From contig CAWIBO010000002.1 in assembly GCA_963834385.1 (NCBI GenBank), positions 480,001 to 544,000 of the forward strand: 64,000 nucleotides of DNA, given 5' to 3'. Of this stretch, positions 40,501 through 49,914 are shown piece by piece. Below the pieces are notes generated by a model. It made no database searches. It was not told the origin of the DNA and was given only the letters and a program-made list of their open reading frames with translations. The DNA is from an uncultured Verrucomicrobiae bacterium (GTDB lineage Bacteria > Verrucomicrobiota > Verrucomicrobiia > Chthoniobacterales > UBA10450). Each line of letters starts with the position of its first letter. The stretch's first letter is position 1. Position numbers and translations under genes: made by a program.

Positions 40501-43246
40501 TCCGTGCTCAAGGAACGCGCGGTCAGTTCCCAGGAATTCGGCATCCCCGCCACCGGCGCCACTTTTCCGCTGCCGACGGCGCGGCCGGGCAATTTCCTCG
40601 TCGAGCTGCGCGACGCCGCGGGCAGCCGGATCAGCCGCCTCGCCTTCAGCGTGGTCGGCCGCGGCGCCGTGGCCCGGTCATTAGAACGCAACGCCGAACT
40701 GGAGGTAAAACTGTCCCGCGAAAACTTCGCGGCCGGCGAAGAGATCGAGGTAAGCATCACCGCGCCCTACACCGGGAGCGGGTTGATCACGATTGAACGC
40801 GAGCGCGTCTATGCGCAGCAATGGTTCACCACCGACAAGACGAGTTCGCTCCAGCGCATCCGGATCCCGGCGGAATTCGAGGGCACCGGTTACGTCAATG
40901 TCTCGTTCGTGCGCGCGCTCGACTCGAAGGAGATTTTCATGAACCCGCTCTCCTGCGCGGTGGCGCCCTTCACGGCCAACCGCGAGCAACGGCAACTCGT
41001 CCTCGAGATTGCCGCCGACGCCCAGGTGCGGCCCGGACAGCCCCTCGCAATTCGTTACCGGACCGATCGTCCCGCGAAGATTGTTCTTTTCGCGGTGGAC
41101 GAGGGCATCCTGCAGGTGACCGATTTCAAGACGCCCGATCCGCTCGGCCATTTCTTTCGCAAGCAGGGCCTGCTCGTCGAGACCTCCCAGATTGTTGATT
41201 TGATCATGCCGGAGTTCTCCCTTCTCCGCGCCTCGGCCTTTGGCGGCGGCGATGGCGCCTCGCGGCACCTGAACCCTTTCCGGCGGGTGACGGAACAGCC
41301 GGTCGTCTTCTGGTCGGGCGTGGTCGAGGCCGACGCCACGGAACGGACCGTCACCTACGAGGTGCCGGATTATTTCAACGGCACCCTGCGTCTCATGGCC
41401 GTGGCCTATTCTCCCACCGCCACCGCCGCCGCCCAAAAGGACACGCTCGTGCGCGGGCCTTTCGTCGTCACTCCGGGTGTTCCGACGTTCGCCGCGCCGG
41501 GCGACCGCTTTGAAATCGGCGTCACCGTGGCGGCGGAGGAAGCCGCCGAGACCACCCTGGCTCTCACCACCTCGAAACACCTCGAGATTGTCTCGGACGC
41601 CTCCCGGCAGATGTCGCTCGCCCGGGGCGGCGAAGAAACGGTGCGCTTCATTCTGCGCGCGACCGACAAACCCGGCTCGGCCACCCTCACTTTTCGCGCC
41701 TCCACTGCCGCTGAGGAATCAACCGTACGCGCGACCATGAGTGTCCGTCCCGCGGTGCCGCTGACCACGCGGGTGCGCGGCGGAAGTTTCACCGGCGAAA
41801 CGAAGGACGTCCCGGTGACGCGCGAGCTCATGGCGGAAAACCGGCGGACGGAGGCGGCGCTCTCCGCCCTTCCCCTCGGGCTGGCACGCGGGCTCGACCA
41901 ATATCTCAGCGAATATCCCCACGGCTGCGCCGAGCAGGTCACCAGCGCAGCCTTTTGCCGGCTGGTTCTCCAGGATGAAGTCGATTTCGGACTGAATCGC
42001 AAGGAAGTCAGCGCCCAGCTCGAGCGGACCTTTAATCTCCTTCGCAGCCGCCAGAGCGACCAGGGCGGTTTCGGTTACTGGCGGGCGGAACGAAACCACG
42101 GCGTCGATTTTGTTTCCGTTTATGTGATGCACTTCCTGCTGGAGGCGAAAGCTGCCGGTTTCCCGCCGCCCGCGGACGTGTTCCGAAGCGGCCTCGGCCA
42201 TCTCGTGCGGATGGCGGCACTGGAGCCGCGCGATCTGCCCGAGGCGCGCACCGTCGCCTACGCCATCTGGCTCCTGACGCGTGAGAACGTCATCACCACC
42301 AATTACATCCTGAACCTGCGCGACACCCTCGAGCGCCGGTTCTCGCGGCAATGGGAGAAGGACCTTGCCGGCGTTTACCTCGCGGGCGCGCTCAGTCTCC
42401 TGCAGGAAACCGCGGCCGCGGAGAAACTGATCGCGGCCTATCGGATGCGATCCGAACCGGGCGCGCTGGATTCGGATTTTTACCAGTCGCTCGGCATGAA
42501 CGCGCAGTATGTCGCGGTCCTTGCCCGGCATTTCCCGGAACGGATGCGGGCGTTGACCCCGAAGGAACTGGAAAGCATCACCGCACCGATCGGTGAGGGA
42601 CACTTCAATACTCTCTCCGCCGCTTATGCGGTGGTGGCGCTGAAAGAATATTCGCGCCTGGTGGCGGCCCGCCCTCCTGCGCTTGCGCTCGCGGAGGTCA
42701 ACCGCGCCGGCGAGATCCGTTCCGCTGGCCGCGGAAGGGTCGCAGCTCAAGCGCGCGCCGTTTTCACCGGGCGCGGTCGCTCTTCGTTTTCGCGCGCAGA
42801 ACCATGGCCGCCCCTCCTACTTTCAAGTGGTGGAGACCGGTTACGACCGCGTGGTGCCCCCGGATTCTGCGGTGAACGGAATTGAGATCACCCGCGAAAT
42901 GCCTGCAACCGCCCGGCTCGGCGACCCAATCACGGTCCGGATCCATCTGCGCAGCCTCGACCGCGCCATGGTGACCAATGCCGCCCTGGTGCATCTTCTC
43001 CCCGGCGGATTCGAAGTGGTGGAAGGATCGCTGCGCGCTGATCTCGCCGGGTGCGAGCATGTGGAGTTGCGAGAGGATCGGGCGGTCCTCTTCACCGCGG
43101 TCGGGCGGTCCGCCCGGACGATCACCTTCCAGATCAAGGCAACCTGCCGGGGCGAATTCGTCGTGCCGCCCGCGCTCGTGGAATCGATGTATGAACCGGG
43201 CGTGCACGGCCGCAGCTCCGCCGGAAAGATTGTGGTCACGGAATGA
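37588..43246 (+). CDS. Bacterial alpha-2-macroglobulin; apparent frameshift near 42720
   Basis: FTERGVYRPG, AVDEGIL, thioester YPHGCAEQ; C-terminal LLPGGFE..REDR..VESMY in another frame; upstream of pbpC. Confidence 0.92.
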
Positions 43247-45495
43247 AACGACCCGTCGTGGTGGCGCTGGGCAGCCTCCTAATCCTCGGCGCGGCCACTT
43301 GGTACGCCTTGCTGCCGAAACCGCCCCTCCTCGAAGGGGTCACGTTCTCCCGACAGGTCTTCGATCGGGAGGGCGAAAGATTGGCTCTCACCCTTGCCGC
43401 CGACGACAAATACCGGGTCTGGACGCCGCTGGAGCAAATCTCGCCGGAGTTGATCACCGCGACCCTCACGCATGAGGACCGCTGGTTCCATTATCATCCC
43501 GGGATCAATCCCTTCGCCGTGGGGCGCTCTCTCTGGCAACTCCTCTGCCGCCGGGGTGAGGCTGGTTCCGGCGCATCCACCGTGACCATGCAACTGGCCC
43601 GCTTGCGCCACGGCCTGCACACGCGCAACACCCGCGGAAAACTGGCCCAGATGGTTTACGCGCTTCAGCTCGAACGGCATTACACCAAGCGCGAAATCCT
43701 CCAGGCCTACCTCAACCTTGCTCCCTATGGCCGCAACGTTGAGGGAGTCGGCGCCGCCAGCATTCTCTATTTCAACAAGACGCCCGACCGGCTCACGCTC
43801 TACGAGGCCGTCGCGCTCAGTGTGATTCCGCAGAGCCCGACCGCGCGCAGTCCCCGGTCGGACAAGGCCAACCGCGCGCTTGATCGCGCCCAGCACCGGC
43901 TCCTGCAGAAAGTGGCGCCGGAAACGGCGCAGCTCGGCTCCCTGGCCTTTAGTGCCAGGGCCCGCGCGTCTGCGCCGGCCCTCGCTCCCCATTTCGTGCG
44001 CCATCTTCTTGCCCGGGAGAAACGGGCGTCCGCCCTGCGCAGCACGCTCTCTGCCTCCCGGCAACGGCTGCTCGAAACGGAAATTCGCCGGCATCTCCGC
44101 GCGCACGCACCCGCCGGGGTGCGCAACGCCGCCGCGCTCCTGGTCGATTTCGAAAAGATGGAAGTGCTGGCCCAGGTCGGGTCGGCCGCGTTCGACCAGA
44201 CGTCCATCCAGGGCCAGGTCGATGGCACCCGAAGCCGGCGCTCACCCGGCTCGGCCCTTAAGCCATTCATCTACGCCCTCGCGCTTGATCAGGGGCTGAT
44301 TCATCCCCTTTCCCTCCTGGTCGACACGCCCCGCACTTTCTCCGATTACAATCCCGACAACTTCGACCGGGATTACTGCGGCCCGGTCTCCGCGACCGAG
44401 GCGCTCACCCGCAGCCGCAATGTTCCGGCCGTGACCCTGGTCTCGGCTCTTCGGGGGGAAACGTTCCACGGCTTCTTGCTTCGCGCGGGGGTGCGCCTGC
44501 CGCGCGCGGAACAATTTTATGGGCCCACCCTTCCGCTGGGTGGCGGCGAGGTCACCATGGAGGAGCTCGTTCTTCTCTACACCGCACTGGCCCGGGGCGG
44601 GGAATTGCAGCCGCTGCGGCGCCTGCTCCCGGCGCCTTCCCCCCAGCGCGGGCGGCGCCTTTTCAGCGCGGAAGCCGCTTTTCTCACCCTCGATATGCTC
44701 ACGCAGACGCCGCTCGCCGGCCTCGCCGGTCCCGCTGATGTCGCCTGGAAAACGGGAACCTCGAATGGATTTCGTGATGCCTGGACGGTGGCCGTCTTCG
44801 ACCGCTACGTGCTTGCGGTCTGGGTCGGAAATTTCGATGGCCGGCCCAACCCCGCTTTCGTCGGCGGGACCTGCGCCGCCCCGCTTCTTTTCCGCATGGT
44901 CCATTCCCTTCGCGCGGCCGAGCGCGCGGGGTCCCGTCCCCTTTTGCCGCCGACCGGGGCCAACCTGCGCCGGGTGGAATTCTGCGCCGTCTCCGGCTCC
45001 CTGCCCGGACCCGCCTGCCGCCATCAACGCCCCGGCTGGTTTATCCCGGGCGTCTCGCCCATCGCGCCCTGCGAAGTGCATCGCCCGGACGCCGGCACGC
45101 TCCTGGCGGACGCGCCCCCTGCCCTCGAATCCTGGCCATCCGAGCTCCTCCATCATTTTTCCCGCACCGGGCTGCCCCGGCGAAGCGCGATCGCAGCCAG
45201 CCGCGAGATCGAGCAGTCCTCCCGCCAGGGCCGGCCCCCGCGCATCACCTCGCCCAAGCCAGGCGCCATATATCTTCCGGACGCCGTCCGCGACGGCATC
45301 GCGCTCACCGCCGAGATCGAAGCCGACAGCTCGCACGTGCAATGGTTCGCCGACAAAACCGCGCTCGGCCGCGCCGGGCCCGGCCATCCGCTTTCCTGGA
45401 GGGCGCCTGTCGGCAAACATCTGGTGACCGCGGTGGACAACCGCGGCCGAAGCGCCTCGGTCGAGATCGAGGTGACCGGCGTCGCCCTCTTCTAA
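43243..45495 (+). CDS. pbpC: Penicillin-binding protein 1C
   Basis: EDRWF, GASTVTMQLAR, SALK (SxxK), SRN, KTG; paired with alpha-2-macroglobulin. Confidence 0.93.
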   Translation: MKRPVVVALGSLLILGAATWYALLPKPPLLEGVTFSRQVFDREGERLALTLAADDKYRVWTPLEQISPELITATLTHEDRWFHYHPGINPFAVGRSLWQLLCRRGEAGSGASTVTMQLARLRHGLHTRNTRGKLAQMVYALQLERHYTKREILQAYLNLAPYGRNVEGVGAASILYFNKTPDRLTLYEAVALSVIPQSPTARSPRSDKANRALDRAQHRLLQKVAPETAQLGSLAFSARARASAPALAPHFVRHLLAREKRASALRSTLSASRQRLLETEIRRHLRAHAPAGVRNAAALLVDFEKMEVLAQVGSAAFDQTSIQGQVDGTRSRRSPGSALKPFIYALALDQGLIHPLSLLVDTPRTFSDYNPDNFDRDYCGPVSATEALTRSRNVPAVTLVSALRGETFHGFLLRAGVRLPRAEQFYGPTLPLGGGEVTMEELVLLYTALARGGELQPLRRLLPAPSPQRGRRLFSAEAAFLTLDMLTQTPLAGLAGPADVAWKTGTSNGFRDAWTVAVFDRYVLAVWVGNFDGRPNPAFVGGTCAAPLLFRMVHSLRAAERAGSRPLLPPTGANLRRVEFCAVSGSLPGPACRHQRPGWFIPGVSPIAPCEVHRPDAGTLLADAPPALESWPSELLHHFSRTGLPRRSAIAASREIEQSSRQGRPPRITSPKPGAIYLPDAVRDGIALTAEIEADSSHVQWFADKTALGRAGPGHPLSWRAPVGKHLVTAVDNRGRSASVEIEVTGVALF

Positions 45496-45516
45496 AATCC
45501 CGCGAAACCATTCCGG

Positions 45517-45532
45517 AGGCACGTGGCCTGCT
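45517..45532 (+). promoter_or_regulatory. Putative sigma54 promoter of pilin-like gene
   Basis: AGGCAC-GTGGC-CTGCT. Confidence 0.45.
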
Positions 45533-45549
45533 TGAAGAAAGCGTCCAAA

Positions 45550-45975
45550 ATGAAAACACGCTCCTCCTTAGCCGGTTTTACTCTTGTTGAGATCATGATC
45601 GTGGTCGCGATCATCGCCCTGCTTGCCGCCATCGCCGTCCCCAGCTTCATGCGGGCCCGGAAACGCGCGCAGGCCACCTACATTCTCGAGGATCTTCGCA
45701 TCCTCGATGCCGCCATCCAGCAGTACGCCATCGAAAGGAACAAAAAGACCGGCGACGCCTTTGGCTGGAATGATTTGATCGCCTACGTGAAGCCGGGCTC
45801 ACGCCTGCACACCAGCAACGGTCTCGATATTCACGGCCACGAAATGGCCACCCTCGGGGGCGCCACCATCTCAGACGAGGCCGGCCAGATTCGCGTCTGC
45901 TATGTCACTTTCGACTCACTGAGCGACGTCGCTCCGACCGACTTCTGGTCGCCTTTCGGCATCGAGCCCCGCTGA
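45550..45975 (+). CDS. Type IV pilin-like protein
   Basis: Class III signal G|FTLVEIMIVVAIIALLAAIAVP. Confidence 0.9.
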   Translation: MKTRSSLAGFTLVEIMIVVAIIALLAAIAVPSFMRARKRAQATYILEDLRILDAAIQQYAIERNKKTGDAFGWNDLIAYVKPGSRLHTSNGLDIHGHEMATLGGATISDEAGQIRVCYVTFDSLSDVAPTDFWSPFGIEPR

Positions 45976-46072
45976 TCCGAACATCGCTCCGTCCGCCCGG
46001 CCCGCGTCGATTTCCGTCGCGCGCCGGGCGTATCGGAGGGAGAATCCGGTTACGCCCGCACGGCGTAACTCC

Positions 46073-48487
46073 ATGGTGTTCTCCGCGATCAAACGCTACA
46101 CGCGCTGGCTGCATACGCAGTGGCCGGCCGGCACCGTGGAGCAATTGCCCCTCTCTGGCGAGAAGGGCGTCACCAACATCCCGGGCATCCGCATTGTCGG
46201 CGACCTCACCGGCATTCCCCTCCTCAAATTTTCCTCCAAGACCGGCGCGGAGGCGGTGCACGCCATCCTGGCCGAGCCTGATTTTGCGGGCAGGAAGGAC
46301 TCCTCTGGAACCAACGGCACGGTTGACCTCGCCATCATCGGCGGCGGCGTCGCCGGGGTCAGCGCCGCGATCGAGGCGAGCAAGGCCGGATTAAACTTCG
46401 CCATCTTCGAGGCGGCGCGGGCCTTCTCCACCGTGGTTAATTTCCCGAAGAAGAAGCCGATCTACACCTATCCCACCGATCTCGAACTCGAGGGCGGCCT
46501 CCATTTTCAAGCCGACGTGAAGGAAGCGCTCCTCGAGGAAATGGAGCGACAGCGCGAGGAGGCGGGCATTGAGCTGACGGAGGCCCGGATCGTCCGCCTG
46601 GAAAAACAAGGAGGCGAGATTGTCCTGCATCACGACGAGGAAGGAAAAACCACCCGAGCGAAGCGGGTTATCATCGCCATCGGCCGCAGCGGCAATCATC
46701 GTAAACTGGGCGTGCCCGGCGAGGAACTCGACAAGGTCGCGAACCGTTTGCACGACCCGAAGGATTTCGAAGGGAGAAATGTGCTCGTGGTGGGCGGGGG
46801 CGACAGCGCGCTCGAATCCGCCATCGCCCTGGCCGGCGCCGGCGCCCGGGTCACGCTCAGCTATCGCAAGAAAGAGTTCTCGCGGCCGAAGCCGGGGAAC
46901 ATCGAAAAACTGGAACAACTCGAGCGCGACCCGACCTGCGGCGCGGAAGTCGAATGTCCCAGCTCGGAACGCTCCGCCCCAGCCTTCACCCGGGGGTTGA
47001 ACACCACCGCCGCGGCCGGTTCCATCACCCTGGCCCTGGGCACGAACGTCACGGCGATCACGCCCGACAAGGTTACACTCAAGACAGAGGACGGAAAAGA
47101 AACGGAGATCGAGAACGATGCCGTCTTTGCCATGATCGGGCGCGAGCCGCCCCTCGAGTTTTTCCGGCGGAGCGGTTTGCAGGTGCGCGGCGACTGGGGT
47201 GCCGCCCGCATCACCAGCTTTGCCCTGATCCTGCTGGCCTGCGTCTTTGTTTATCACTGGAAAAAAGGGGGCGTTTACCTCGGGGTCTACGAGACCTTCA
47301 AACGAAACAGCTGGTTTCCGTTCAATGTCCCGGATTGGTGGGCCGGCCTTGGGGCCGCGTTTTCCGATCCGCAAAATCTCCTCGGCACCCTGCGGCTCGC
47401 GGTGGGCGAACCCGGTTTTTATTACTCCCTCGCCTACTGCCTTTGCGTCGCGCTTTTCGGCCTTAAGCGCATTCACCGGCGCAAAACTCCTTACGTCACC
47501 GTGCAAACCTGGACGCTGATGGCGTTCCAGATTATTCCGCTTTTCCTCCTGCCTTATCTCCTGCTGCCCTGGGCCGGGTATAACGGCTGGTTTGACCAGG
47601 GATTCGGGAAAACCGCAGCGGACGCGCTTTTTCCACAGGTCGATTACGGCGCCGGGCGCGAATACTGGCGCGCTTTTGGCCTGATTCTGGCCTGGCCGCT
47701 CTTTTTCTGGAATGTCTTCACCGAGCAACCGCTCTGGGCCTGGCTCGCCCTTTCCTTCCTGCAGACGTTTGTCCTCATCCCGCTCATCATCTGGCGCTGG
47801 GGCAAGGGCGCTTATTGCGGCTGGATCTGTTCCTGCGGCGCGCTCGCCGAGACCATGGGCGACGCGCACCGGGCGAAAATGCCGCACGGTCCGTTCTGGA
47901 ACCGGTTCAACATGGTCGGCCAGGTGTTTCTTGCCCTGGCCTTTCTGCTTCTCCTGGCGCGTTCGCTTGCCTGGATCTTCCCCGGCTCGGTGTTCGGCAC
48001 GGCCTTCAACTATCTCTTCACCGGCCTTCCCTTCTTCAATTACGTCTGGTTCGTCGACCTCCTTTGGGCCGGGATCATCGGGGTTGGCTTCTACTGGCAC
48101 TTCAGCGGGCGGGTCTGGTGCCGGTTCGCCTGCCCGCTTGCGGCCCTGATGCATATCTACACGCGCTTCTCGCGTTACCGGATCTTCGCCGACAAAAAGA
48201 AATGCATTTCCTGCAATGTCTGCACCTCGGTTTGCCACCAGGGAATCGACGTGATGAACTTTGCCAACAAGGGCGTGCCCCTGGAGGACCCGGAGTGCGT
48301 TCGCTGTTCCGCCTGCGTCCAGCAATGCCCCACCGGCGTGCTCGCGTTCGGGCGCTACGGCGCGGATAACGCCATCATCCTCGACCGGATTCCGGCTTCA
48401 CCCGTCCTCATGGCCGAGGCCGGCCGCCGCCAGCGCCAGGGCGAGCAGGCCTCGCTCGATGATGAGCCGCTGAGCAAAAAACTGTAA
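46073..48487 (+). CDS. TrxB-like FAD/NAD(P)H oxidoreductase fused to NapH/RdxA-like membrane 4Fe-4S domain
   Basis: IIGGGVAG, VVGGGDSALE, several TMs, CGWICSCG, CRFACP, CISCNVCTSVC, CVRCSACVQQCP. Confidence 0.88.
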   Translation: MVFSAIKRYTRWLHTQWPAGTVEQLPLSGEKGVTNIPGIRIVGDLTGIPLLKFSSKTGAEAVHAILAEPDFAGRKDSSGTNGTVDLAIIGGGVAGVSAAIEASKAGLNFAIFEAARAFSTVVNFPKKKPIYTYPTDLELEGGLHFQADVKEALLEEMERQREEAGIELTEARIVRLEKQGGEIVLHHDEEGKTTRAKRVIIAIGRSGNHRKLGVPGEELDKVANRLHDPKDFEGRNVLVVGGGDSALESAIALAGAGARVTLSYRKKEFSRPKPGNIEKLEQLERDPTCGAEVECPSSERSAPAFTRGLNTTAAAGSITLALGTNVTAITPDKVTLKTEDGKETEIENDAVFAMIGREPPLEFFRRSGLQVRGDWGAARITSFALILLACVFVYHWKKGGVYLGVYETFKRNSWFPFNVPDWWAGLGAAFSDPQNLLGTLRLAVGEPGFYYSLAYCLCVALFGLKRIHRRKTPYVTVQTWTLMAFQIIPLFLLPYLLLPWAGYNGWFDQGFGKTAADALFPQVDYGAGREYWRAFGLILAWPLFFWNVFTEQPLWAWLALSFLQTFVLIPLIIWRWGKGAYCGWICSCGALAETMGDAHRAKMPHGPFWNRFNMVGQVFLALAFLLLLARSLAWIFPGSVFGTAFNYLFTGLPFFNYVWFVDLLWAGIIGVGFYWHFSGRVWCRFACPLAALMHIYTRFSRYRIFADKKKCISCNVCTSVCHQGIDVMNFANKGVPLEDPECVRCSACVQQCPTGVLAFGRYGADNAIILDRIPASPVLMAEAGRRQRQGEQASLDDEPLSKKL

Positions 48488-48515
48488 CCCCGACGCGCCC
48501 TCGCCGGCGCGTCCA

Positions 48516-48650
48516 CTCCTGCTCCTGCTCTTGATCTTGCTCCTGATCCCGCCCCTGCCCCAATGCGCCGGGGACGGCGCACGCTACAGCGTTGTCTGAT
48601 CGATCCCGGCCGACCTCCGACGATTCACCATTCACTACTCACGATTCACG
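48516..48650 (-). repeat. Composite hexamer / REP-B / heptamer repeat
   Basis: (CTCCTG..)n 48516-48548; ATGCGCCGGGGACGGCGCACGCTAC 48563-48587; (ATTCACN)4 48623-48650. Confidence 0.8.
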
Positions 48651-48723
48651 CCTTCCCCTCCCCTCCTCCCCTCACCGCTCTCTCGACAAACCGCCCCAGG
48701 CCTGACACTCTTCCCTCCCTTTC

Positions 48724-49650
48724 ATGAAGACTCTTGCCCGCAACGGCTCCGGCCGCTCCAGCAGCCGCCGCGAATCCTCCACCATCGACCAGGTCATGGT
48801 CGAGGAACGCGCCCAGGCTTTCACCAAACGGAGCATCAAGACCGCGGCCAAGCTCCAGGGACTGAAACTGGCCATCTCCATGATGGACCTGACCACTCTG
48901 GAAGGAAAAGACACGCCCGGAAAAGTGGCGTTCCTCTGCCGCAAGGCGATGCAGCCGATCGATCCCCGCTATGACGTGCCCCCCTGCGCCGCGGTCTGCG
49001 TCTATCCGAATTTCGTCCGCGTCGCCAAAAAATTCCTCGGCGAATCCGGCGTCAAGGTCGCCTCGGTCGCCACCGCCTTCCCCTCCGGCCTCATGCCGCT
49101 TCGGCTCAAGCTCGAGGAAGTGCGCAGCGCCGCGCGCGATGGCGCCGATGAGATCGACATGGTCATCGACCGCGGCCGCTTCCTCGCCGGCGATTATGAG
49201 CGCGTCGCTGATGAAATTGCCGCCACCCGGGAAGCCTGCGGCGAAGCCCACCTCAAGGTCATCCTTGAGACCGGCGAGCTTCAGACCTACGACAACGTCC
49301 GCCGCGCCAGCGACATCGCCATGCGCAACGGCGCCGACTTCATCAAGACCTCCACCGGCAAGATCAACCCCGCCGCCACCATGCCGGTCACCCTCGTCAT
49401 GCTGGAGGCCATCCGCGATTATTTCTACGAGACCGGCATCCGCATCGGAATGAAACCGGCCGGCGGCATCCGCACCGCCAAGCAATCGCTCGCCTACCTC
49501 GTCATGGTAAAGGAAACGCTCGGGGACGACTGGCTCACGCCCGATCTTTTCCGTTTCGGCGCCAGCACCCTCGTCAACGACGTCCTCATGCAGATCGCCA
49601 AGCTGGCGGACGGCAATTACCAGGGCCCGGATTACTTCTCCCTCCCGTAG
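48724..49650 (+). CDS. deoC: Deoxyribose-phosphate aldolase
   Basis: DLTTLEG, AVCVYP, EIDMVI, LKVILETGEL, FIKTSTGK, KPAGGI, RFGAS. Confidence 0.96.
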   Translation: MKTLARNGSGRSSSRRESSTIDQVMVEERAQAFTKRSIKTAAKLQGLKLAISMMDLTTLEGKDTPGKVAFLCRKAMQPIDPRYDVPPCAAVCVYPNFVRVAKKFLGESGVKVASVATAFPSGLMPLRLKLEEVRSAARDGADEIDMVIDRGRFLAGDYERVADEIAATREACGEAHLKVILETGELQTYDNVRRASDIAMRNGADFIKTSTGKINPAATMPVTLVMLEAIRDYFYETGIRIGMKPAGGIRTAKQSLAYLVMVKETLGDDWLTPDLFRFGASTLVNDVLMQIAKLADGNYQGPDYFSLP

Positions 49651-49680
49651 TAGGGGGGCATAAAACGAGGGTAAAGAATC

Positions 49681-49744
49681 GAGGATGGAGGATGGACGTC
49701 GCTCCCTCCTGCTCTTGCTCTTAATCCTGATCTTGCTCCTGCTC
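49681..49744. repeat. Heptamer and hexamer microsatellites
   Basis: GAGGATG x2, then CTCCTG CTCTTG CTCTTA ATCCTG ATCTTG CTCCTG CTC. Confidence 0.65.
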
Positions 49745-49914
49745 GAGTTTACCTGATCTCTCCTTACCCTCCCTTAGATCGCGGTTCATTTGATCGGTTT
49801 TGCAGGGACGAAGCCGACCCTCCCTTTTGTTTCGACAACCGGTCGACCGGCGCGTAGAACGCCTCGTGGGACGCAAGCCCCCCGGCGCCCAAAAGCAGCG
49901 AAACAGGTGCCATT

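Noticed and set aside
49866..49900. GTGGGACGCAAGCC..CCGG resembling the c-di-GMP-I riboswitch core upstream of the autotransporter
   Set aside because: The 5' GGCAAAC/GNRA arm and the pairing 3' strand were not found by eye; an Rfam cmscan would settle it.
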